This document shows positions 8,386 to 16,770 of a stretch of 22,141 bases of DNA, in pieces. The notes beneath the pieces were generated by a model. That model had not been told where the DNA came from, ran no database searches, and saw only the letters and a program-made list of their open reading frames with translations. Made by a program: the position numbers and the translations under genes. Within the stretch, counting starts at the first letter, position 1, and the number at the start of each line of letters is the position of its first letter. This DNA comes from Abditibacteriaceae bacterium (GTDB taxonomy: Bacteria > Armatimonadota > Abditibacteriia > Abditibacteriales > Abditibacteriaceae): the NCBI GenBank assembly GCA_031372065.1, contig JANMKN010000316.1, positions 1-22,141 on the forward strand. Reading direction: 5' to 3'.

Positions 8386-9651
8386 ATGCCCGACACCAAC
8401 ATTTTCGCCCTCACGCGCCGCGATTTTTTGCGCGGCGTGACTGTGGCGGCGGGCGCGGTTTTAGCCGGATGCCACAAAGAAAACGTGAGCGGCGCCAAAG
8501 TGACGCTCACGCAGTGGTATCACCAATACGGCGAAGAAGGCACGCACGATGCCGTGATGCGCTATGCGCTGCAATACACCAAAGCCTTTCCTGATGTTGC
8601 CATTCGCGTCCAATGGGTGCCGGGCGACTATCAAACCAAACTCAACACCGCGCTTTTAGTCGCCGGCGGCCCCGATGTTTTTGAAAAGCAGCTTGCTATT
8701 CCGATGGTGACAGCGGGCCAAGTTGAGCCGCTGGATGATCTTTACACGCCCGAAGTGCGCCGCGATTTTCTGGACAAGGATTTGGCGCTCAATCGCGTGA
8801 ACGGCAAAATTTACGGCATCAAAATGGTCGGCGATACCGGCGTTTTGTATTTTCGCAAAAGCCTTTTACAACAAGCCGGTTTAACGGTGCCGAAAACCTT
8901 CGATGAACTTGCCACAGCCGCAAAAAAACTGACGATAAAAGACCGCAAAGGCTTGTTTTTGGGCAACGATGGCGGCGTGGGCGCGCTTTTGCAAATTTTG
9001 CCGTGGTCGGCGGGCAGCGATTTTTTGGTGGATAACAAAATCGTTTTTAACAACGAGCGCACCGCCCACTCCTACGAAAAACTGCGCGATTTACAAAAGA
9101 CTGGCGCGCTTCTTATCGGCGCGCCGACGGATTGGTGGGACCCGTCCGCCTTCACGCAAGGCCTGTGCGCGATGGCATGGGGCGGCTTGTGGGCCTTTCC
9201 CGCCATCAAAAAGGCGCTCGGCGACGATGTTGGCGGCATCGCGTGGCCCGCATTAGATCAAAAAGGCGCGCCCGCCACATTTTCCGGCGGCTGGTCGCAA
9301 ATGGTCAATGCGCGTAGCCCATATTTAGACGAAGCGAAAAAATATATCAAGTGGCTGTGGATTGCCAATAAAAAGATTCAGGAAGACTGGAATTTAAGTT
9401 ACGGTTTTCACGTCCCGCCGCGCCAGAGCGTCGCGCAAACAGCCCAAGCCTTAAACGATCCGGTTGCCGCTTTAGCCGTGAAAAACGTCAAAGAATTCGG
9501 GCGCCCTACCCCTCCCGCATGGACGGCCAGCATGAACACCGCATTAAGCGACGCCGCGACAAATATCGTCAAGCAAAACCGCGATGCCGCTGCGGAATTG
9601 GCCGTCGCCGAGAAAAAATGCAATCGCGTTTTAGAACGCTTGCTGCGCTAA
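8386..9651 (+). CDS. ABC-type carbohydrate-binding lipoprotein with Tat signal
   Basis: TRRDFL twin-arginine motif, lipobox LAGC, SBP family 1 motifs (GGPDVF, LYFRKSLLQQAG..VPKTFDEL). Confidence 0.88.
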   Translation: MPDTNIFALTRRDFLRGVTVAAGAVLAGCHKENVSGAKVTLTQWYHQYGEEGTHDAVMRYALQYTKAFPDVAIRVQWVPGDYQTKLNTALLVAGGPDVFEKQLAIPMVTAGQVEPLDDLYTPEVRRDFLDKDLALNRVNGKIYGIKMVGDTGVLYFRKSLLQQAGLTVPKTFDELATAAKKLTIKDRKGLFLGNDGGVGALLQILPWSAGSDFLVDNKIVFNNERTAHSYEKLRDLQKTGALLIGAPTDWWDPSAFTQGLCAMAWGGLWAFPAIKKALGDDVGGIAWPALDQKGAPATFSGGWSQMVNARSPYLDEAKKYIKWLWIANKKIQEDWNLSYGFHVPPRQSVAQTAQALNDPVAALAVKNVKEFGRPTPPAWTASMNTALSDAATNIVKQNRDAAAELAVAEKKCNRVLERLLR

Positions 9652-9669
9652 AACCAAGCGTTTTTATTT
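9635..9669 (+). terminator. Possible intrinsic terminator at the convergent SBP/phosphoesterase junction
   Basis: AACGCTTG (9635-9642) pairs with CAAGCGTT (9655-9662), followed by TTTATTT; overlaps the SBP stop codon. Confidence 0.4.
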
Positions 9670-10611
9670 CTGAATGAACTTGATGCCGGTAAGAGAAAAC
9701 TTCGATTTGTCGTCTCTGATTTTGTCATAAAACGGCGAATAAACGCGCGCCTCAATGGTGCCTGCTGCCGTATCAATATCGAGCAAGCGAATGTAACCGC
9801 CGCCCGCATCTTCGCCTTGATAATCCTGCAAAACCTGATAAATAATGTTGCCGTTTTCGCCGATGTCGGTGCGATACGCCGAGGTATCAACGTGACCGCT
9901 GAGAACCAGCAACACATTGGCGTGTTTTTTTATCATCTGGTCGAAAATAGATTGACTGGTCAGGTTTCCATAACCAGCGTTCGTCTGATTGATTTCGCCT
10001 TTGGACGTGAGATGAAAATGCGTCAGTATGATGACATTGTGCTTGGGAAACTGCGTCAGCACTTGGTTGGCCCAATCCACCGGCCCCTGACGCGCGCAAA
10101 ATTCCAGCGTCAGAACCAGCCAATCCAAGCCGCCGGCCTCGAAGGTGTAATAGGCGTTATCGCTTTTGCCTTCTTCACAACGCCCTTTTTGCGCCGAAAA
10201 ACGCGCCACGGGGAAATAGGAATTGAACTTTTCGGTGTTGCGCAAATTGAGGTTGACATTGCCCGGCGCCGCGCTGCCGCTGTTTTCGCCGACAGCCGCC
10301 GTATCGTGATTGCCGACAGCTAAGGCATAGGGAATTTTCGCTTCGTCCAGCACTTTGAAGGCTTCGCTGGCCGTTGTCCATTGCTTGTCGTTGTGAAAGT
10401 CCACAATATCGCCGACATGAAGCACCATCGGCATTTTCAAGGGCACCGCGTTTTTGACCAGCCAATCCAATTGACTGTGCAACATTTCCGGCTTACGATT
10501 GACTTCCACCTGCGTATCCGGCAAAACCGGCAAGGTAAACGGCTCGGCAAAACACGGCGCGCAAAAAAACAAAACAACGGCGATTAAACAGTGGATAAAG
10601 AACTTTTTCAT
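9664..10611 (-). CDS. Secreted calcineurin-like metallophosphoesterase
   Basis: Sec signal peptide (MKKFF...CFA), motifs LPDTQ, VGDIVD, GNHD, LTH, LSGH. Confidence 0.88.
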   Translation of the reverse strand: MKKFFIHCLIAVVLFFCAPCFAEPFTLPVLPDTQVEVNRKPEMLHSQLDWLVKNAVPLKMPMVLHVGDIVDFHNDKQWTTASEAFKVLDEAKIPYALAVGNHDTAAVGENSGSAAPGNVNLNLRNTEKFNSYFPVARFSAQKGRCEEGKSDNAYYTFEAGGLDWLVLTLEFCARQGPVDWANQVLTQFPKHNVIILTHFHLTSKGEINQTNAGYGNLTSQSIFDQMIKKHANVLLVLSGHVDTSAYRTDIGENGNIIYQVLQDYQGEDAGGGYIRLLDIDTAAGTIEARVYSPFYDKIRDDKSKFSLTGIKFIQK

Positions 10612-11495
10612 CAGACATCACCAGCTTTCTTTGTCAAAGATTTACGGCCTGTTCTCATTGTAGCGATATACCGAGTCAATGAAGGCAATTCAAGATATGA
10701 ATTGGTTAGGTGATTTAATAAATCACAGTAGAGAACCCCAAGATGATTCCCTGCGAATGATCCTGTTTCCGTGCCTACGCAGGGAGAGAAATACCAATCG
10801 TAATTCTCTCCCTGCTCATCCTCCGGGCAACGAACAAATCCTAATCCGCGCTCATCAAATCTGGCATAAGAAATCACGCCAGACGTGAGCAACGTAGTCA
10901 TGTTTGGCAGAAAAGATTTGTTCCGATTCAAGTAGAACGGTGCAATATCTTCAAATTTGAAATCGCCTGCATCCACGCATAATATAAAAGAGAATATTCT
11001 GTTTAAAATGCGATTCTCCTTTTGAAGATATATATCCCGCAACAAAGTTTCATCTGAAATTTCACTCCCATAGGCGGTATTTATAATATCCTCATGAAAA
11101 AGCCGCGTGCGGATGTCTTGAATTGTCTGGCTAAAACCCTCAATATATTTCTTGGATTTATAGTATGTAGATTTGATTTCACCTATCGCGTAAACCGAAT
11201 CAATAGGAATGTATTCTGTGCCGTCCTTAGTAGTTAGAAGAGAAGGCAGATTGAAATTATCCGCAATTATAATATCAAGTTGCGGGCTAACCTCACCACT
11301 TATATCAATCAAATGCCCATGAGTGACATAATATCTTGGTGGGAGCATACGCTTGAAGTAATCTCGAACGCACATTTCTACATCATTGCCTGCGGCACGT
11401 ATATCGGTTCCGTGAACCATGATAGCGTTCTGACGCACCCTTAAAATATCGTCGGCATCTAATTTAAATATTGCGGGGATGTCAAGTTTTTTCAT
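10611..11495 (-). CDS. NucC-like (DUF6602) PD-(D/E)xK endonuclease, AT-rich
   Basis: G-x3-E...LPPRY...G.LID..G..SPQLDIIIAD...PIDSVYAIGEIKS matches the NucC/DUF6602 core, with a D-x31-EIK catalytic motif. Three hand-counted 60-nt lines are 28-42% GC, versus 47% and 72% for two lines of the neighbouring gene. Confidence 0.75.
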   Translation of the reverse strand: MKKLDIPAIFKLDADDILRVRQNAIMVHGTDIRAAGNDVEMCVRDYFKRMLPPRYYVTHGHLIDISGEVSPQLDIIIADNFNLPSLLTTKDGTEYIPIDSVYAIGEIKSTYYKSKKYIEGFSQTIQDIRTRLFHEDIINTAYGSEISDETLLRDIYLQKENRILNRIFSFILCVDAGDFKFEDIAPFYLNRNKSFLPNMTTLLTSGVISYARFDERGLGFVRCPEDEQGENYDWYFSPCVGTETGSFAGNHLGVLYCDLLNHLTNSYLELPSLTRYIATMRTGRKSLTKKAGDV

Positions 11496-11526
11496 AGAGA
11501 TTCACGCTGCTAATTTCGCACATTAC

Positions 11527-11555
11527 ATAATAGCACGCAAGACGAGCGTTTTCCA
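11527..11555 (-). promoter_or_regulatory. Candidate sigma70-type promoter for the NucC-like gene
   Basis: The minus strand reads TGGAAA-N17-TATTAT with an extended -10 TG (TGcTATTAT), about 30 bp upstream of ATG 11495. Confidence 0.4.
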
Positions 11556-11563
11556 CTTCCACG

Positions 11564-11935
11564 TCATCGCTGTGCCAATTGCTCTGCCGTTGTTACAATG
11601 GATTCGACCACAGCATCCAATTGACGATAAATTTGCTTGTTCGAGAATCTCAAAAAGCAGATACCGTAACTTTCGATGAATGCCTGACGATTGGCATCAT
11701 AGGCGGCAGCTTCATCGCCTTCATGTGTTGGGCCGTCAATTTCGAGGGCCAGTTTTAACTGCGGACAGTAGAAATCCAAAACGTAAGGGCCGACTGAATA
11801 TTGTTGGCGAAATTTCCAGCCGCCGACCTGTCCGGCGCGCAATCGTTGCCAGAGCAACACTTCCGCTTTTGTTCGCTCGCGGCGCAACGCCTGACGCTTT
11901 TCTTTTTGTTCAGGACGATTGTAGATTTTCGTCAT
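11564..11935 (-). CDS. DUF559 / very-short-patch-repair-like endonuclease
   Basis: LRRERTKAEVLLWQRLR...KFRQQYSVGPYVLDFYCPQLKLALEIDGPTH...D..RQAFIESYGICFLRFSN is the typical DUF559 signature. Confidence 0.92.
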   Translation of the reverse strand: MTKIYNRPEQKEKRQALRRERTKAEVLLWQRLRAGQVGGWKFRQQYSVGPYVLDFYCPQLKLALEIDGPTHEGDEAAAYDANRQAFIESYGICFLRFSNKQIYRQLDAVVESIVTTAEQLAQR

Positions 11936-11937
11936 TT

Positions 11938-12070
11938 AACCCCCAACCCCCTTGGTAAGGGGGCTAAATTATTACTTGGTTAAAACAAGCAAACTCGTCT
12001 GAAACTCAAATGCATTTTAACTATGCAGAAGCGTTCTACCATAGCCCCCTTACCAAGGGGGTTGGGGGTT
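11938..12070. repeat. Inverted pair of identical 29-bp REP-like palindromic units around a 75-bp spacer
   Basis: AACCCCCAACCCCCTTGGTAAGGGGGCTA (11938-11966) and its exact reverse complement (12042-12070). Each unit has an internal CCCCCTT-N3-AAGGGGG hairpin. Confidence 0.92.
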
Positions 12071-12071
12071 C

Positions 12072-13949
12072 CTACTTCCAACTCATCGCCGCGCCCAAGT
12101 AATAACCGAGGTGCGGCGGCTGGTTGTAGGCGACGTTTTGCCATGCGATGCCCAGGCGATAAATTGGGTCGTGCATGAAAGTGGGAAAACGATAATTGGT
12201 GGGAATTGTCGTCGAAAAGATGCGCAATTCTTTGTTGTCGCGCGTGCGCCAGATGACTTCTTCGCGCCAGTCGCCCAAAATGTCCGCCGATAAAACCGGA
12301 TTGGCCTTGGTGCTGTTATTCGAGGCGCAATCGAAATCTTGCGCCGCCAGCAGCGTATTGGTTTTCTTGTTTTCCCAATCCCATTTGCTAACCGTTGTGC
12401 CGTCCAGAAGTTCACTCAACAAATCGCCGTCCCAATAGATGCCCATATTCACCGAAGGCGTGGCATCGGCGATTTGGTTGCCTTTGCAATCCCACATTTT
12501 TCGGCCAAGGCCCGCGCCCGCCGCCCAGCATTCAAAGCCGGGATAGCGCGGATCAATATCCAAAGCAAGGCCGCGCCCCGGCCCTTCGCCTTTGTCACCG
12601 CCGGTTGTGGCTGCCATCAGCGAGGCTTTTTTCCAGAGAATTTCGCCGGTTTTGGCATCGAACATATGCGCGCCCGCATCATCGAAGCGCTCTTGAATGC
12701 GAAACACTTCCAGGCCCGGATGCGTCGGGTCAAGGTCGGAAAAATGCAGGGCGTCGCCGTGACCAAGGCCGGTAGAATACAATCCCTTGCCATTGTCGTC
12801 AATCGCCATGCCGCCATAGATGATTTCATCTTTGCCGTCGCCGTCCACATCGCCCACACTCAGATTATGATTGCCCTGTCCGGCGAATTTCTCGTTGCCT
12901 TTGTCATTGGAATCGAAGACCCAACGCGAGGTAAGTTTTTTATCGCGCCAGTCCCACGCCGCCAAAACAGTGCGCGTGTAGTAACCGCGACACATGACAA
13001 CGCTGGGATGCACGCCATCAAGATAAGCAATGCACGCCAAAAAGCGATCTACGCGGTTGCCATAGTTATCGCCCCACGTTTTTTTCAATTGGTCGCCGCT
13101 GGGATTCTCGGTTTCGGGATGGCGCGCCGGAATGTATTTTGTGGTCGCCAAAGCCGCGCCGGACAAGCCATCGAACACGGTTAAATATTCCGGCCCGCTC
13201 AGAATGCGTCCGTCTTGATTCACATAATTCGCCTTGGCATCGCCGATGACTTTGCCTCGGCCATCAACCGTTCCATCGGCAGTTTTGCAGACCACTTCGG
13301 CGCGGCCATCGCCATCCAAATCGTAAACCATAAACTGCGTGTAATGCGCGCCTTCACGGATGTTTTTGCCCAGATTGATTGTCCACAGCAGCGTGCCGTC
13401 AAGTTTGTAGCCTTGCAAAATCGGCGGGTCGGTTTCGCCGTTTTGCGAGTTGTCTTTGCCTCGCCCGGCCTGATGCAAAACAATGTCATATTCGCCATCG
13501 CCATCCAAATCAGCCGCCGAGCCATCATTGGGCGCGTAACCGTCGGGAGTTTGCAACGGCACACTGAGATAAGGCCGCGCCGGAGCATTTTCGGGCAAAG
13601 TAAACGCGCGACTTTGTTCGGTTTCCTGACCGTTCACAATGGGCCGCACGAAATACGAAACGGCGCCTTGCGGCACGTTTTTATCGAGAAAATTTGTGCC
13701 GCCCGCAATGGCTTGCACGTTCAATTTTTGTGTCGCGCCGCCTGCCGTCCGATACAAATTAAAAGCAATATCGCGCGGGTCGGTGCCCGTCATGCGCCAA
13801 CTGATAAAAGCGCTGCCATCCGCTTGTTTGAGCGCAAAGACGCCGCGCCCCAACGCTTCCATTTGGCGCGCGTGAACAAGCGGCGCTTTTTCGTTGCAAT
13901 GACAGTTTTCAGCTTGCGCGAATAGCAAACCAGCGAGTGTAAAAAGCAA
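12072..13949 (-). CDS. Rhamnogalacturonan lyase, family PL11 (YesW/YesX-like)
   Basis: RQMEALGRGV, ISWR, repeated Ca-binding DLDGDG loops, NIREGAHYTQFMVYD, RGYYTR, GQGNHNLSVGDVDGDG, GDWREE, WQNVAYNQPPH. Probable start TTG 13949 with AAGGA 9 nt upstream; start uncertain. Confidence 0.93.
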   Translation of the reverse strand: MLFTLAGLLFAQAENCHCNEKAPLVHARQMEALGRGVFALKQADGSAFISWRMTGTDPRDIAFNLYRTAGGATQKLNVQAIAGGTNFLDKNVPQGAVSYFVRPIVNGQETEQSRAFTLPENAPARPYLSVPLQTPDGYAPNDGSAADLDGDGEYDIVLHQAGRGKDNSQNGETDPPILQGYKLDGTLLWTINLGKNIREGAHYTQFMVYDLDGDGRAEVVCKTADGTVDGRGKVIGDAKANYVNQDGRILSGPEYLTVFDGLSGAALATTKYIPARHPETENPSGDQLKKTWGDNYGNRVDRFLACIAYLDGVHPSVVMCRGYYTRTVLAAWDWRDKKLTSRWVFDSNDKGNEKFAGQGNHNLSVGDVDGDGKDEIIYGGMAIDDNGKGLYSTGLGHGDALHFSDLDPTHPGLEVFRIQERFDDAGAHMFDAKTGEILWKKASLMAATTGGDKGEGPGRGLALDIDPRYPGFECWAAGAGLGRKMWDCKGNQIADATPSVNMGIYWDGDLLSELLDGTTVSKWDWENKKTNTLLAAQDFDCASNNSTKANPVLSADILGDWREEVIWRTRDNKELRIFSTTIPTNYRFPTFMHDPIYRLGIAWQNVAYNQPPHLGYYLGAAMSWK

Positions 13950-13951
13950 AA

Positions 13952-16762
13952 TTAAATGTCCTTTTTCATCAGCGGCACCAATTGCACCGGGCCGAGCAAA
14001 CCCGAAGGCAGTGGCTCCCATTGCGAGGCATCGAAGGGCTTGTAATCAATGTTGACAAAGAAAAACGGATGCCAGTCCACTTTGCGCCGGTCTAAATCGG
14101 CCAAGCGATTCGCCATTAAATTGGTGACTTCAATTTCCAGCGTGTTGTCGTTTTGCAGCAATGCGTTTTCAAAGCTCACGCGCCACGGACGCGAAATCAC
14201 CGTTCCCAAATCGTGGCCGTTCAATTTCACCCGCGCGCTGTAACAAACCTCGCCGAGATGGATTTCCCACGCGTCAGCTTTGGCAATAGGCCGCGCAAAG
14301 TGAATTGCATAGCGCGCCGTGCCGGAAAAGGCACGCAAGTCTCCATTATCTTGCGGCCATTTTGTCCAATCGGAAAGCGTATTTATGTCGCGCACGAGCG
14401 GCAAATTCGGGCCGCCTTCAATAAATTCCACGCGCCACTTTTGGTTTAAAGGCAAGTGCGCCGGAGACGCCGCGAAAGTGCCGAAAGCGGGTGATTCGAT
14501 TTTTTGCGGCGCGGCGCGAATAATCAAAGATTCACCGACTTCTAATTGCACATAAATTTGCGTTTTGCCGTTTTGCGTTTGTGTCGGCAAGGCGCCGGTT
14601 TTTCCCGTCATTGCATCAAAACCAAGCGCACTTTTTATATTTTGTGGCACGGCAAAATCGAGCCATTTATCAACACGAGCCTTACCGAGATTCACCACGA
14701 AATAAATCCAGTTTTCGCCGTTTTTGCGCCGAATCCATTCAAGACCGTCATCGGTCAAGGTTTCGCGCTGCACTTTAGTCGCAGAAAGCATTTCTTCGAG
14801 ATCGGCGCCGACGAAAAACGCGCCTTTGCCAAGAGCGTGACGAGCAAAATCTTCTTTGGCTTTCTTATCCAATAAACCGTTTTTAATTTCTTGAATAAGA
14901 GATTGAAACTTCGCGCGGCGCACTGGTAAATCACTCAGTCCCGGCACGTCTTGCGGCAAATTATCAACGCATAAAATCGTCGCGCCGTTGCGGGCCAATT
15001 GCGCTAATTTTTCCAATGTTTCAACAGGCATTAAACGGCTATTTGGCACCACGATGGTTTTGTAACTCGCGCCCGTCGTTTGTAAGCTGCCATTGAATTG
15101 CACGCTTTGCAATTGCGCGTCGGAAATGCTGTCGAAACTGTAGCCGCGATTCCACATCTGCAACTGCGTTTTGGCATAACCGGCCATGCCTTTGTTCATC
15201 CAATCCGAGGCATTATGCACTGTCATAAATTGCAAATTATCGCGGCTGCCAGCATCGCGCGACCACAAATCATAAATCGGCAAATACAGCAGAATATCGT
15301 TGTCTGGTTGGCCTCTTTGCAAAAACGATTGGCAGCGCGCGATGTAATGATTTAACGCGGGAACATCGCGCCAAAACGTGTTAGTCGGCGCCATGTGCGT
15401 GGTCGCATAAAACATCCAGCCGGGCCATGGAATATCTTTTGGAGAGAGCGGCGTGCCGTGAAAAAAGATATGATTGACGCCCGCTGTCAATAGCAAATCT
15501 ACTTCGGCCTTGCCGTGTTCGAGGGGCACTTTGCCATGTTCGCCGAGCCATGTAAACGATTCGCTGGAACACAACTTTTTGCCCGCGACGTGTGCCGCCG
15601 AAGACGCCAATTTGCAGACGAAAAGTTCTTCGGTCAAATCGCCTTGCTGCGGCGTGCCGGGCAACGGTTTAAGTCCGGCCATTTCGATAAACGAAGTGCG
15701 AAAAACTTCGGTTTCGGGCACGTCCGTCGCGGCGTATAAATCAAGAATATTACCCGGCGAACCATGCGCCTGATTGCGCGTTTTGGCGCCCTTGGCGTTG
15801 GCCCATTTCGTCCATTGCTGCGTAAAATCTCCCAACAAAAGTTCATGCACGGTTTGGCGATAATCGCTGCGCACGCGCGAAATTATTTCTTTGTCGCCTT
15901 CGCCATTTAAAGCAGGCAAATGAGCGCGCAAATCATAGCCGCGCCGCGCCGCAAATTCGCGCCACAAATCGCTTGTCCAGTTGGCGCCGAAAACTTCATA
16001 CGAATCATTGAAAAAACAGCGTGGCAAATCGTCGTTTAATTCTTTCAAAGGCGCGTCGAAATGCCGCAAATAACGCTGCACGGCGGGCGCCGAAAGATGA
16101 TCCAACACGTTGCCATCGCCACCCGGCCCGGCGCGTTTTACTTGCTGTCCGCTGCCGATTAAAAACGCGCCTTCTAACTTCCAATCGCCTGCGGGCGCGT
16201 CCCACTTTAAAGTGCCATCGGCGCTGACTTTATCGGTTAAATCCAGAATTTTCTCGCCCGAATACGCCATCAACACGCTCAATTTTGCTTTGGGTTTGTC
16301 TTTGCTGCGAATAGGTTCGCCGACTTTTAAAATTTGCAAATACAATTTGAGCGGCGCGTCTTCCGCAGGCACCCACAAGCCGCCCAGCGGCCAGCCGGTG
16401 CCGGTTATCATGTCCACGCCCATATCAAGGCGCTTGCCTTCGCGCACCGTATAGCCGAGCATTTTCATCCACGCGTCGCTGAGATACGGAACGTTGCGGT
16501 TTTCGTAGCCCGGCACGGCATAAATGGGGCTGACTTCAACGCCGCCCATGCCGGCCTCGTGAAAGGCTTGTAAATGGCGCGTGATTTCAGCTTGGGTGAC
16601 AGCACTGCCGAGCCACCACCAGCGCGTCCACGGGCGATTTTCTTTGGTAAGTTGAGGCCAATCGGTCATATTATTTTGGGTTTGCGCCAAGCACGGCGCG
16701 GCGAGGCAGAGCAAGATTGCCAAAGCGTAAAACGGTTTGCGAAACAGTGCGGTGAAAGCCAT
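13952..16762 (-). CDS. Glycoside hydrolase family 106 (alpha-L-rhamnosidase), secreted
   Basis: Signal peptide, RPWTRWWWLGSAV, GMGGVE, FFNDSYE, NQAHGSP, PETE, KLASSAAH, C-terminal FSGTARY / NTLEIEVTN / SGLLGPV. Start ATG 16762. Confidence 0.85.
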   Translation of the reverse strand: MAFTALFRKPFYALAILLCLAAPCLAQTQNNMTDWPQLTKENRPWTRWWWLGSAVTQAEITRHLQAFHEAGMGGVEVSPIYAVPGYENRNVPYLSDAWMKMLGYTVREGKRLDMGVDMITGTGWPLGGLWVPAEDAPLKLYLQILKVGEPIRSKDKPKAKLSVLMAYSGEKILDLTDKVSADGTLKWDAPAGDWKLEGAFLIGSGQQVKRAGPGGDGNVLDHLSAPAVQRYLRHFDAPLKELNDDLPRCFFNDSYEVFGANWTSDLWREFAARRGYDLRAHLPALNGEGDKEIISRVRSDYRQTVHELLLGDFTQQWTKWANAKGAKTRNQAHGSPGNILDLYAATDVPETEVFRTSFIEMAGLKPLPGTPQQGDLTEELFVCKLASSAAHVAGKKLCSSESFTWLGEHGKVPLEHGKAEVDLLLTAGVNHIFFHGTPLSPKDIPWPGWMFYATTHMAPTNTFWRDVPALNHYIARCQSFLQRGQPDNDILLYLPIYDLWSRDAGSRDNLQFMTVHNASDWMNKGMAGYAKTQLQMWNRGYSFDSISDAQLQSVQFNGSLQTTGASYKTIVVPNSRLMPVETLEKLAQLARNGATILCVDNLPQDVPGLSDLPVRRAKFQSLIQEIKNGLLDKKAKEDFARHALGKGAFFVGADLEEMLSATKVQRETLTDDGLEWIRRKNGENWIYFVVNLGKARVDKWLDFAVPQNIKSALGFDAMTGKTGALPTQTQNGKTQIYVQLEVGESLIIRAAPQKIESPAFGTFAASPAHLPLNQKWRVEFIEGGPNLPLVRDINTLSDWTKWPQDNGDLRAFSGTARYAIHFARPIAKADAWEIHLGEVCYSARVKLNGHDLGTVISRPWRVSFENALLQNDNTLEIEVTNLMANRLADLDRRKVDWHPFFFVNIDYKPFDASQWEPLPSGLLGPVQLVPLMKKDI

Positions 16763-16770
16763 TATGTTTT

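Noticed and set aside
9664..11935. Complete CBASS or restriction-modification system
   Set aside because: No nucleotidyltransferase, Cap accessory or methyltransferase gene. The three genes differ in composition and the phosphoesterase is exported.
11938..12070. Classical MITE/IS or CRISPR interpretation of the 29-bp repeats
   Set aside because: Only two copies, inverted rather than direct. Flanks (CATTT / CCTAC) show no target-site duplication, and there is no transposase or cas gene.
12339..13925. Long plus-strand ORFs (281 and 236 aa) and the many other antisense ORFs in the track
   Set aside because: Fully antisense to well-supported genes, no recognisable motifs, and expected from codon bias in GC-rich DNA.
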